Below are positions 11,346 through 23,043 of a DNA stretch of 64,000 nucleotides, piece by piece. This DNA comes from Mytilus californianus. Taxonomy: Eukaryota. Under the pieces are notes generated by a model, which was given only the letters and a program-made list of their open reading frames with translations, was not told the DNA's origin and searched no databases. The DNA lies in contig NW_026262712.1 of NCBI RefSeq assembly GCF_021869535.1, positions 32,488,001 to 32,552,000 on the forward strand, read 5' to 3'. Made by a program: the position numbers and the translations under genes. Position 1 is the stretch's first letter, and each line of letters opens with the position of its first letter.

Positions 11346-14300
11346 AGCTGCACCCACTTTTTGTTCTAAGAACTCCCCTTTTTTCTTAACAACTCCTGCC
11401 CCTGTTTTAGAATTTCTTGATCCGCCCATGTACAGAAATATTGAACATATACTTATACTAAATATTAACACTAAAGTTTCAGGCTAAGTATTTTGTGCAA
11501 ATAAAAATTTGAAATGTAAATTTTATTTTCATTTTATTCAACTCCATTTTAGGTATAAAAGTTTACCAAATGGGAAACCGCTCAAGTCTGAAGGATTAAA
11601 GGTTGAATTGAATAATTTAGTGCAAAAAATGATTGGTAGGAGTAATTCTTTAAATGATCTTGGATCTACACAGTCAAATGAAAGCTTTAACCAGCTTGTA
11701 TCTGTAAAGGCCCCTAAATCAAGGTAATTTGTATATATATTTGCATGTCAGATCACATTCTAAAGCAACAATGAATACAAGTATAAAAAATATGTTTTAT
11801 GATTACCAATAACTAAGACAACTCTACACTAGAGAGCAAATGACACAGAAATTAACAGCTATGGGTCACAGAAAGGCATTTAACAATGATCAATTCTCAT
11901 ATGACATAGTAAGCTATAAAAGGCCCCAATTCACAAATTTATGTATAGATATAAAAAGATGTGGTATGAGTGCTAATGAGACACCTCTTCCATCCAAGTC
12001 ACAATTTGTAAAAAGAAACCAATTATACATATGTCAAAGTTCAACATTCAACACAATTCAAACAAGAAAACTAATGGCCAAATTAATGTAAAAAATCAAT
12101 AAATGAAAAACAAATATGTCACATTGCAATTACTGACAGCTAGTTCAAAGCCAATAACAAAAAAAAAACCCATGCATCTAAGACTTAATTATCTTGTCAG
12201 GCTATCTGCAGCTGTGCTTCAGAAAAATGAAGGATATGGCTACTTATCCAAGGTAACTATGAAAATTTTAACATCTTCTTTTTGAACGAAGGGTGACATA
12301 GTGATTGAATATGATTGCTTCTTTTTCTTTCCTCTTCTATTTCTTTCTTCTTCTTCATCTTTTCAGAAAAGCCTGTTCAGACCATAACTTTATTAATCTT
12401 TTGATATAGCATATAATGAATTTTTAGTATGTGGGTATATCACTTGTGTCAAGTTCCAGGATTGGTAACTAAGACCTTGACCTAAAGTTCATTAAAATTA
12501 AATTTTTAGTACTATCTTTATGTCCACTCCATGTCTTTTTGTCCGTCTGACCTTACTCTCATCCTCTTTCATTTCCTCACTCTAACTGAAGTTTGCCTCA
12601 TCACGGAAAGTGAGTCACTTATTGTTCTAGAGTCATGCCCTTTATAACTTGCAAATTGTTTTGTTTCCTTACTCTAACATAAGTTTGTCTGATACAACTT
12701 TTATAGAACTGATACATATAAGAATCACAACACTCAGACAGAGTTCAAATTTGTGTTGTGACTCATTTGTCAACCTATAGTTCTGTCCCTTTTTAACTTG
12801 GAAAATTGCAAAGCTACAGCGGAGGCATTCATGACATCTTACACATTTTCCTTTAATAATTTTTTTATCTTTTTGAAACCATGTTACATGTTGCATCCAA
12901 TGTTTATATACAAGGAGATTACTGTATTGCTTTTTTAGCCCTGCAGATATACATTGTACAATTTACAGTCACGAATCATGTTTATCTAGTATGTAACTCA
13001 ATTATCTTCTTTCTTCTCAAATTGTTATCAGATGTGGTATGTGTGCTAATGCAACAACTATCCATCCAAGTCACGATATATAAAGAGTTACCATTATAGG
13101 TCAAAATATGTGTTCACGATGGAGACTACTGTTTTTTCTTGATTTTTAATATTTTAATGCATATATGTATTACATTTTAATTATGTTTCATTTTTTTAGA
13201 TCAATGAAGCAGCAAACCTCTCTCCAGGAGAATTTACAATATCAATTTCCTCTGTAAGAGATAAAAAAAATGGAAAAAAGAAAAGAAAAAAAGAGTTCAA
13301 AGGAATATAAAGTTGGCCGTATACAAAAGAAAAGAAACCGCAATAAGAACGAGCGTAAACATCTGTTAAGAGAAGGAAAAACCTATGGATCTCAAATGGA
13401 ATTTGATCGTCAACAGGACCCTGAGCAAACCACAGAAATTCCACTTCCTGTTAATCTAGATGGCACTGAATGCAAAGTGTTTTTTGATTTAGAAACAACA
13501 GGCTTGGGTAGGAATAGCGACATCATTCAGATAGCAGCTAAGTCAAATTCAAATAGTTTTAACAGATATGTCATCCCAAGAGTGGACATTCAGATCGAGG
13601 CCAGTAAGATCACTGGTATAACATACAGCCATGGAACAAATAAAACGTATGTTCGAGGAGATATAGTTGAACCTGTGACACTACATAAAGCCCTACTTGA
13701 TTTTATACATTTTTAAAGGAACAGAACCAGCCAATTATACTAGGTCATAACATTTGTAACTTTGACATTCCTGTAATTGTTAACAAATTGAAAGAAATTC
13801 ATGTAATTTGTTTTTCGACATTTTGTGAAACCGTGAAAGGTTTTATTGACACAATGAAAGTGGCTAGAAAATATATTTCAAAAAATGATGTAGAAAATTT
13901 TAAGCAGCAGACTCTTGTCAAACAGTTTGTAGGAGAAAATTACTCTGCCCACAATGCAATAGAGGATGTGGATTCATTAAAAACATTATACAACAGTAAA
14001 TTTACCTCACTAGTGAAATCTGATGATGTATTTTCCATTTTATACCACAATTGCATGGACTCCTACTCTGACTTACTAAGTAATAAAATTGTTTCAAGGC
14101 TAGTTTGCATGCAACTAGCAAAAGATGGTATATCGTTGAAACACCTCAAACTGGCATCTGTACGAGATGTAAATGGACTGAAATTTGTCTTACAGGACCA
14201 TAAGATACCACCAAAGAGTGTGAAATGCATTCAGGACTACTTTCAGACTGAGGAATGAATTTTGTATGGCCAAAAAATAAATATATGTCTGTGTTTTCCT

Positions 14301-14699
14301 ATAACCTGACTGTGTCTACCCTGATACTTGTTTTATTATTTTCCCAACACAATGAATTTGCCAAGGATATGATGTTTCAGTCTGTCCATTTGTCTATATA
14401 TATCCTATTCTTGTTAGTTCAACTCCTTAACAACCACACAACAGAATTTAATGAAATTTGGAAGGTGGTAAGAATGCAATAAGTGTGTATATTACAAATT
14501 TCTATGAAATTTTGATTCCCTGCATTATCATTTTTATATTTTGAGTTATAGTCCCAGCTCAATTGACACTGAAAAATAAATAATTTGCCATTTTTATCTG
14601 CAAAAAAATGACCGCCAAAGTCAAATATACTAGTGGTTGGATATTGTACCCTATGAAATAAAAATTTCAAAAATCATTTATCTGAAGCTACTAAAATAA

Positions 14700-15270
14700 A
14701 ATGAACCAAACTTTAAAGTCTCATGAAGGTCAAATTTGCAAGGAACACACCACTTCATGATAATACATTCATATTTGCCAAAGATGTAAGACCTAGGTCA
14801 AAAGTCATGGCCTGGTCATTTTCATGCTAAAAACTACATAAAGTTGACCTTGTGGTCAAATTTCAAGATCACATGAAGGTCATCATGGTGCAAGACACAT
14901 TACCTGATGATGATACATCTACATACCAAAGATCTAAGTCCAAGGTCAAAAAACAACAAGGCATGGTAAAGTGTTAATAGTAAAAAAAAAAATGACCTTG
15001 AGGTCAATTTAAGGTCACATGAAGATCATCACAACACAGGACACTCCATCTCATTATGATACATCCTCATACAAAAGATACAGGACCTAGGTAAAAAAAA
15101 AACAACAACAAAAATGCATATGGCCTTGTTTTCTATCAAAAATTCATATATTTGACCTTGAGGTCAAATTTCAAGGTCACATGAAAGTCATCTTGATATG
15201 TGACACTCTACCTCATGATGATACTTCAACATGCAAAATATCTAAGCCCTAGGTCAAAAGACAAGAAAAC
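14700..15270 (+). repeat. Tandem array of about four ~150 bp units
   Basis: Repeated tgaccttgaggtcaaatttcaaggtcacatgaaggtcatc...gatgatacat...gacctaggtcaaaag. Duplicated at about 24490-25060. Confidence 0.65.
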
Positions 15271-18200
15271 TATGCCCCAAATATATTATCAGAATGGAAC
15301 TTGCTCTTATTTATTGAGGGTGGTGGTATTATAAAAAACTATAATTAAAAAAAATCTGGTGGATAAAATTTATACATTTTTGCAAGAATTACAAACTGAT
15401 ATAGCACTACAAATGGTTAGTTTTAAAAAAAAATTAAACGACACGTTTTTTTTTTTTTTAAATTTTTTCTTCAAATACTTGACCCATCATATTCACTGTG
15501 GGGGGGCTGAATCTGAGACCCCCCTTTTTAAATTCGGACAAAAATTCAAATCCAGAATAAAAAAAATACAAGTAAAGGGAATAGGTGAACTAAAATTCGC
15601 CTCAGTTTTCACTATTAACTATGCTATTGTCAATTTAGGATCAATTTTAAATTTTTTAACATATATACCCCTATACCCATATTTCTGAAACTTCCAAATT
15701 TGGCTGATATTAGCATGTAAAAGATGCCATATTCGAGTTGCCAAATCTTTTAAACGTATGATTCAAATCCTTCGAAATTTTTATAAGATGTTTAGCTTGG
15801 CCTAGTTTATCAATGGGATAAAAACAAGAAAAATTAAACGACAGTTTTTTTTTGGATTATAGTGTTGGGTACCCCCTTAAGTGACCATTAAACATTACCA
15901 GGTATTTTTCCTCTAATTGCTATAGTTCGCATGTTCTATTTCTAGCAATAGAGGCCAAATTTGACGAACAGAACATATAAACAGATTATATATACATTGA
16001 ACGATACATTGCCAGATTTGACATTTTAATCCATGTTAAATTATCCTGACATGTTTCACTAACTGTGTTTTTACTGTTGTACTTAAAAAGAAAAAAAAAA
16101 CTAAATATTATTGTTTGATTTATTTTTTGTTTAACTTTGCCGCATAAAGGGATATAACTGAGTAACAGAAACTTTTGTGAAACCAATGATACATATGTCA
16201 ATCCTAAAAATTGATTCCTTAATATGCTGAATCTAACCGTGTATTAAGTTTTTGGATTTTGGCCCGGTTTTTAAATTGGTCCACATTGAGGTCCAAAGGG
16301 TCAAAAATTAAACTTTGTTTGATTTCATCAAAAATTGAATTATAGGGGTTCTTTGATATGACGAATCCAACTGTGTATTTAGGTTCTTAATTTTTGGTCC
16401 CGTTTTCAAATTGATCTACATTAAGGTCCAAAGGGTCCAAAATTATACTTTGTTTGTTTTTAACAAAAATTGAATTCATGGGGTTCTTTGATATGCTGAA
16501 TCTAAACATATATTTAGATTTTTGATTATGGGCCCAGTTTTCAAGTCAGTCCAAATTGGGGTCCAAAATTAAAATTTGTTTGATTTCAACAAAAATTGAA
16601 TATATGGGGTTCTTTGATATGCTGAATCTAACCATGTATTAAGTTTTTGGATTTTGAACCCCATTTAAATTGGCCTACATTGAGGTCCAAAGGGTCCAAA
16701 TTAAACTTTGTTTGATTTCATCAAAAATTGACTTATTAGGGTTCTTTGATATGCGGAATCTAACCTTGTATTTAGATTTTTAATTTTTGGTCCCATTTTC
16801 TAATTGGTCTACATTAAGGTCAAAGGGTCCAAAATTAAACTTTGTTTGATTTCAACAAAAATTGAATATATTGGGTTCTTTGATATGCTGAATCTTACCA
16901 TGTATTTAGATTTTTGATTTTGGGTCCCGTTATCAAATTGGTCCATATTGAGGTCAAAAGGGTTCAATATTAAATTTTATTTGATTTCTTAAAAAAATGA
17001 ATTCTTGAGGTTCTTTGATATGCTTAATCTAACCATGTATTTAGATTTTGGATATTTGACCTTAGTAGGTAAATGCCCAATTTAAAAATTTTAATTTCTT
17101 AGACTACATTCATTTTGTGTCAGAAATCTATGCTGTGTCAAATATTAATAACAATTCAAATTCAGAGCTGTATCAAGCTTGAATGTTGTGTCCATACTTG
17201 CCCCAACTGTTCAGGGTTCGACCTCTGCGGTAGTATCAAGCTGCACCCATTTTTTGTTCTAAGAACTCCCCTTTTTTCTTAACAACTCCTGCCCCTGTTT
17301 TAAAATTTCTTGATCCGCCCATGTATAGAAATATTGAACATATACTTATACTAAATATTAACACTAAAGTTTCAGGCTAAGTATTTTGTGCAAATAAAAA
17401 TTTGAAATGTAAATTTTATTTTCATTTTATTCAACTCCATTTTAGGTATAAAAGTTTACCAAATGGGAAACCGCTCAAGTCTGAAGGATTAAAGGTTGAA
17501 TTGAATAATTTAGTGCAAAAAATGATTGGTAGGAGTAATTCTTTAAATGATCTTGGATCTACACAGTCAAATGAAAGCTTTAACCAGCTTGTATCTGTAA
17601 AGGCCCCTAAATCAAGGTAATTTGTATATATATTTGCATGTCAGATCACATTCTTAAGCAACAATGAATACAAGTATAAAAAATATGTTTTATGATTACC
17701 AATAACTAAGACAACTCTACACTAGAGAGCAAATGACACAGAAATTAACAGCTATGGGTCACAGAAAGGCATTTAACAATGATCAATTCTCATATGACAT
17801 AGTAAGCTATAAAAGGCCCCAATTCACAAATTTATGTATAGATATAAAAAGATGTGGTATGAGTGCTAATGAGACACCTCTTCCATCCAAGTCACAATTT
17901 GTAAAAAGAAACCAATTATACATATGTCAAAGTTCAACATTCAACACAATTCAAACAAGAAAACTAATGGCCAAATTAATGTAAAAAATCAATAAATGAA
18001 AAACAAATATGTCACATTGCAATTACTGACAGCTAGTTCAAAGCCAATAACAAAAAAACCCATGCATCTAAGACTTAATTATCTTGTCAGGCTATCTGCA
18101 GCTGTGCTTCAGAAAAATGAAGGATATGGCTACTTATCCAAGGTAACTATGAAAATTTTAACATCTTCTTTTTGAACGAAGGGTGACATAGTGATTGAAT

Positions 18201-19159
18201 ATGATTGCTTCTTTTTCTTTCCTCTTCTATTTCTTTCTTCTTCTTCATCTTTTCAGAAAAGCCTGTTCAGACCATAACTTTATTAATCTTTTGATATAGC
18301 ATATAATGAATTTTTAGTATGTGGGTATATCACTTGTGTCAAGTTCCAGGATTGGTAACTAAGACCTTGACCTAAAGTTCATTAAAATTAAATTTTTAGT
18401 ACTATCTTTATGTCCACTCCATGTCTTTTTGTCCGTCTGACCTTACTCTCATCCTCTTTCCTTTCCTCACTCTAACTGAAGTTTGCCTCATCACGGAAAG
18501 TGAGTCACTTATTGTTCTAGAGTCATGCCCTTTATAACTTGCAAATTGTTTTGTTTCCTTACTCTAACATAAGTTTGTCTGATACAACTTTTATAGAACT
18601 GATACATATAAGAATCACAACACTCAGACAGAGTTCAAATTTGTGTTGTGACTCATTTGTCAACCTATAGTTCTGTCCCTTTTTAACTTGGAAAATTGCA
18701 AAGCTACAGCGGAGGCATTCATGACATCTTACACATTTTCCTTTAATAATTTTTTTATCTTTTTGAAACCATGTTACATGTTGCATCCAATGTTTATATA
18801 CAAGGAGATTACTGTATTGCTTTTTTAGCCCTGCAGATATACATTGTACAATTTACAGTCACGAATCATGTTTATCTAGTATGTAACTCAATTATCTTCT
18901 TTCTTCTCAAATTATTATCAGATGTGGTATGTGTGCTAATGCAACAACTATCCATCCAAGTCACGATATATAAAGAGTTACCATTATAGGTCAAAATATG
19001 TGTTCACGATGGAGACTACTGTTTTTTCTTGATTTTTAATATTTTAATGCATATATGTATTACATTTTAATTATGTTGCATTTTTTTAGATCAATGAAGC
19101 AGCAAACCTCTCTCCAGGAGAATTTACAATGTCAATTTCCTCTGTAAGAGATACAAAAA

Positions 19160-20149
19160 ATGGAAAAAAGAAAAGAAAAAAAGAGTTCAAAGGAATATAA
19201 AGTTGGCCGTATACAAAAGAAAAGAAACCGCAATAAGAACGAGCGTAAACATCTGGTAAGAGAAGGAAAAACCTATGGATCTCAAATGGAATTTGATCGT
19301 CAACAGGACCTTGAGCAAACCACAGAAATTCCACTTCCTGTTAATCTAGATGGCACTGAATGCAAAGTGTTTTTTGATTTAGAAACAACAGGCTTGGGTA
19401 GGAATAGCGACATCATTCAGATAGCAGCTAAGTCAAATTCAAATAGTTTTAACAGATATGTCATCCCAAGAGTGGACATTCAGATCGAGGCCAGTAAGAT
19501 CACTGGTATAACATACAGCCATGGAACAAATAAAACGTATGTTCAAGGAGATATAGTTGAACCTGTGACACTACATAAAGCCCTACTTGATTTTATACAT
19601 TTTTTAAAGGAACAGAACCAGCCAATTATACTAGGTCATAACATTTGTAACTTTGACATTCCTGTAATTGTTAACAAATTGAAAGAAATTCATGTAATTT
19701 GTTTTTCGACATTTTGTGAAACCGTGAAAGGTTTTATTGACACAATGAAAGTGGCTAGAAAATATATTCCAAAAAATGATGTAGAAAATTTTAAGCAGCA
19801 GACTCTTGTCAAACAGTTTGTAGGAGAAAATTACTCTGCCCACAATGCAATAGAGGATGTGGATTCATTAAAAACATTATACGACAGTAAATTTACCTCA
19901 CTAGTGAAATCTGATGATGTATTTTCCATTTTATACCACAATTGCATGGACTCCTACTCTGACTTACTAAGTAATAAAATTGTTTCAAGGCCAGTTTGCA
20001 TGCAACTAGGAAAAGATGGTATATCGTTGAAACACCTCAAACTGGCATCTGTACGAGATGTAAATGGACTGAAATTTGTCTTACAGGACAATAAGATACC
20101 ACCAAAGAGTGTGAAATGCATTCAGGACTACTTTCAGACTGAGGAATGA
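19160..20149 (+). CDS. DEDDh 3'-5' exonuclease ORF (DnaQ-like; TREX/exuperantia/PML-C-like), transposon-derived, uninterrupted 329 aa
   Basis: ExoI FFDLETTG, ExoII GHNICNFD and ExoIII AHNAIEDV are all intact, behind a basic N-terminal stretch. The paralogous copy at 13270-14258 has a 1-nt frameshift. Confidence 0.7.
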   Translation: MEKRKEKKSSKEYKVGRIQKKRNRNKNERKHLVREGKTYGSQMEFDRQQDLEQTTEIPLPVNLDGTECKVFFDLETTGLGRNSDIIQIAAKSNSNSFNRYVIPRVDIQIEASKITGITYSHGTNKTYVQGDIVEPVTLHKALLDFIHFLKEQNQPIILGHNICNFDIPVIVNKLKEIHVICFSTFCETVKGFIDTMKVARKYIPKNDVENFKQQTLVKQFVGENYSAHNAIEDVDSLKTLYDSKFTSLVKSDDVFSILYHNCMDSYSDLLSNKIVSRPVCMQLGKDGISLKHLKLASVRDVNGLKFVLQDNKIPPKSVKCIQDYFQTEE

Positions 20150-21985
20150 ATTTTGTATGGCCAAAAAATAAATATATGTCTGTGTTTTCCTATAACCTGA
20201 CTGTGTCTACCCTGATACTTGTTTTATTATTCTCCCAACACAATGAATTTGCCAAGGATATGATGTTTCAGTCTGTCCATTTGTCTACCCTACTGAAAAT
20301 GAGTACGGGATTCCACTGGTATTCAGTGGAAAAAAATATTCCGATGGAATCCCATTAGAATTTCATCCAAAACATCTAAAATATTTTTCACACTGTAATA
20401 CCAATGGAAAATCAGTGAAATTTCCAATGAAACTTCCAAAGATTTTCCAATTAATTTCCAGTGGAATATTATTGTTTACATTTCAGTGGAGTTTTGATTT
20501 AATGCAAATATTCCAGTGGAATTTTGGACTTAGAAATTTAAAGGAATATATAATTCTAATTCAATTTTTTTCAAATAATTAAGTGCATGATTATTATATA
20601 AAGGATTTAATTTGTAACATATAATTTGCTGGCCTGATAAGAAATTAAATATTATAATCATGATAATATATGGGATGTAATGAATATTTCATAAACCTAC
20701 ATAGATACATGTATATGAAACATTTGTTCAAAAAAGTTACATGGTTAAACGTAATATGAAATCACTTGCCTAGCAACAAATGAAAATAATCATTTGGTCT
20801 GAAAGACCCCCCCCCCCCCCCCTCCCATATAAAATAAGTAAAATGGTAGCTCCTCATATGTAGGGTGAATATAATGCATCACCATATAGCCTATGAGTAT
20901 GACACATTGAAAGGATACATTTTAACTATTAGGAAATAAAATTAAATGTGCAATAATATAAATAAATTGGGTTGAGAATAAGATTCTGTTTGATTTAACG
21001 AACAAAAACAATTACGATTCTTTTTGAAAAATGTGCATGGCTCTTAAAAGGGCCGTTTTTAAACAGATCTGTTGCAGAAATTATCTTCAGTCTGTACGAA
21101 TTGTTAGGATAACTCCGTTTTTTTCTTCAAGTGACCGTACTGGAAACTGCCTTGCACTAGTCTACATGTATACAATAATATAATTATTTCTCCTTTGACT
21201 TCATCATATTCATTAACTGTTACTGGTCTACTGTTCTTTTGAGAAAAATAAAGTGAACGGCTTTCATTTTCCACATTGTTCTATAAACTGTTTCGGTATC
21301 TTAACTTTGTCGGGGTGATGAATTTTTCATCATTTTCATGTCCTGAACTCGGTACTGGAACTCGCGTCATATAAGTTAATCTATAGAAACATTTCACATA
21401 TAGTCCAATCAATTGTACGCTAAATGTCAGTGTTTTGGCATCATTTGAGCAAAAAATTCGTGAAACTGTAGTCAATAATGTTGTTTTTCAACACACATAT
21501 TTACATTCATGGAGGCTGCCATTTTTTTCTACCAGACTATAAAAATAACCGCTGATTTGATTGGATAACTCAATTTCCGGGATTTCCGATCGGCCAATCA
21601 GATCGTCGTTATCATTAATACACGGAATGTGTTCAAATTTGAAACTAAAAATATTGTACGAGTATGTATCCTGTCCTGTGGTTACATTAATCATGTTAAT
21701 AATTATTAATACTCAACAACCTTCGATAAATAAAGAAAAAGTCATTAAAAGCAGAACATTTAGGCATGACATTAGCTGTTGAACCAAGAATTTACGATGA
21801 GACGATGTGCTGATGTAGGGCAGACGTACAGCAGATACAGGTAATGTTTAAGAGATTTTAATTTGATTTTTACATCATGAATATTTTTAATTAAAATTAT
21901 AAAAAAGATATACACCCGCTTTAGTTTCATTCATGGGCTCCGTTAGTTCACACTTTGAGGATGACCATTTGGTGTTCTGAAAAGG

Positions 21986-22110
21986 TAGTCCAAATAATCA
22001 TGACGTCTTGAAAGGTTATTATATTTTTTTTCTTTGACGCCTTACATCGATGTAAGGCGTCAAAGAAAAAAATATAATAGGCTTTCAAGACGTCATAATT
22101 ATTTAGACTA
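21986..22110. mobile_element. 125-bp palindromic MITE with 9-bp TSD (Mutator-like)
   Basis: Near-perfect loopless inverted repeat centred on acat-cg-atgt (22044-22053), flanked by the direct repeat CTGAAAAGG at 21977-21985 and 22111-22119. Confidence 0.75.
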
Positions 22111-22804
22111 CTGAAAAGGGGGAGGTGGGAATGTAATAATAATTTTATTATTCAATATTCAATTACATTGTGTGCCTTCACAATCAAGGAAAGATGTTTA
22201 CTACACAATGTCAGGCACATTCAACTTAATTTTGTCATGTTCTGAATTGGATGGATATGCAACACAAAAAATCCCTAAAGGTTAATATTGTGTTTTAGAA
22301 TCTTTATACTTAAATGAAAGAAGCTTCTTAATTATATATGTACATTGTATGATAAATATCAGTAATATATGATGCATACAGGTCATGACCAGAATTAAAA
22401 AATATTAATAAAATGTTTTTACATTTTTCTTAGGTTGTCCATATATTAAAAGGAATTGATCATGGTGAAGGTACAAAGCTGCAAAAATGATGACTGTGCA
22501 TCGATCAATATCCACTCAATAATATGAAAACACGATGAAAACAAACGAACCAGCAGGAGAAAAGAAATTTGAGTATAAGATTATTGAAAGGTACTTGAAT
22601 TATTTTTTCATCCTTCCCACACTTGAAATAAAAATACATTAATCATTCACATCTATAAGCTGTAAACACATCTCAAAAACATTCATCTGATCATCATGCA
22701 CAAATTGTTAATCATGGATATTATGTAAATAAAATGAGGTGTCTGGTATGCTTCAACCAGATAGTAAACCAACAACAAACACAACACAAAGGGGAAGATA
22801 ATAT

Positions 22805-23043
22805 GAGGCTAAATAAAAATATATGCATGGTTCCAATTACCTTACCTACCTTTTTTTTAGTCTTAACATTAGCCTACCCTAAAGTATTTTTTTGGAATTT
22901 TTCAGTAAGTACTGTTTAAGTCAGAATGTTGCTCCCATAGACTCAATGTAAAAAAAGCCATAAAATAAAAAAAAATCTTACCTACCTACCCTAATTTTTT
23001 TTTAAATGTAACTGGAACCAAACATACTATTTTATTTGGCCTC
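22805..23043. mobile_element. MITE-like element with ~35 bp imperfect TIR
   Basis: gaggctaaataaaaatatatgcatggttccaattac matches the reverse complement of gtaactggaaccaaacatactattttatttggcctc. Internal cttacctacc direct repeat. No clear TSD. Confidence 0.5.

Larger units (their letters stand above)
4308..14258 (+). pseudogene. Multi-exon DDE transposase (Kolobok / Pfam Mutator-like type) continuing into a DEDDh exonuclease
   Basis: GT-AG exons 4308-4761, 5540-5727, 6566-6632 (SFDGDWQKRGSG), 7334-7549 (GHATFIGKETGKV...CKVC...HEC..NWHGSSKSME), 7966-8095 (HADND...NHVKK), 8628-8816, 11553-11723 (STQSNESFN), about 12201-12252, and 13200-14258 (FFDLETTG, GHNICNFD, AHNAIED). Splice phases are mostly consistent. 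Lesions: TGA formed at the exon3/4 junction, frame disruption in exon 6, +1 shift near 13262-13270, -1 T near 13710. Confidence 0.8.
4148..15876 (+). mobile_element. Kolobok-type DNA transposon, 11.7 kb, defective, with nested repeats
   Basis: TTAA at 4144-4147 and 15877-15880. TIR GGGGGTACCGTACAC (left) versus GGGGGTACCCAACAC (reverse complement of right), 13/15 identical, RR...YY termini. Encloses a spliced DDE transposase-exonuclease gene. Confidence 0.85.

Noticed and set aside
15359-15688. 109-aa ORF repeated at 25148-25477
   Set aside because: Starts at a non-ATG codon, runs through homopolymers, differs by frameshifts between the copies, and lies in the Kolobok subterminal region.
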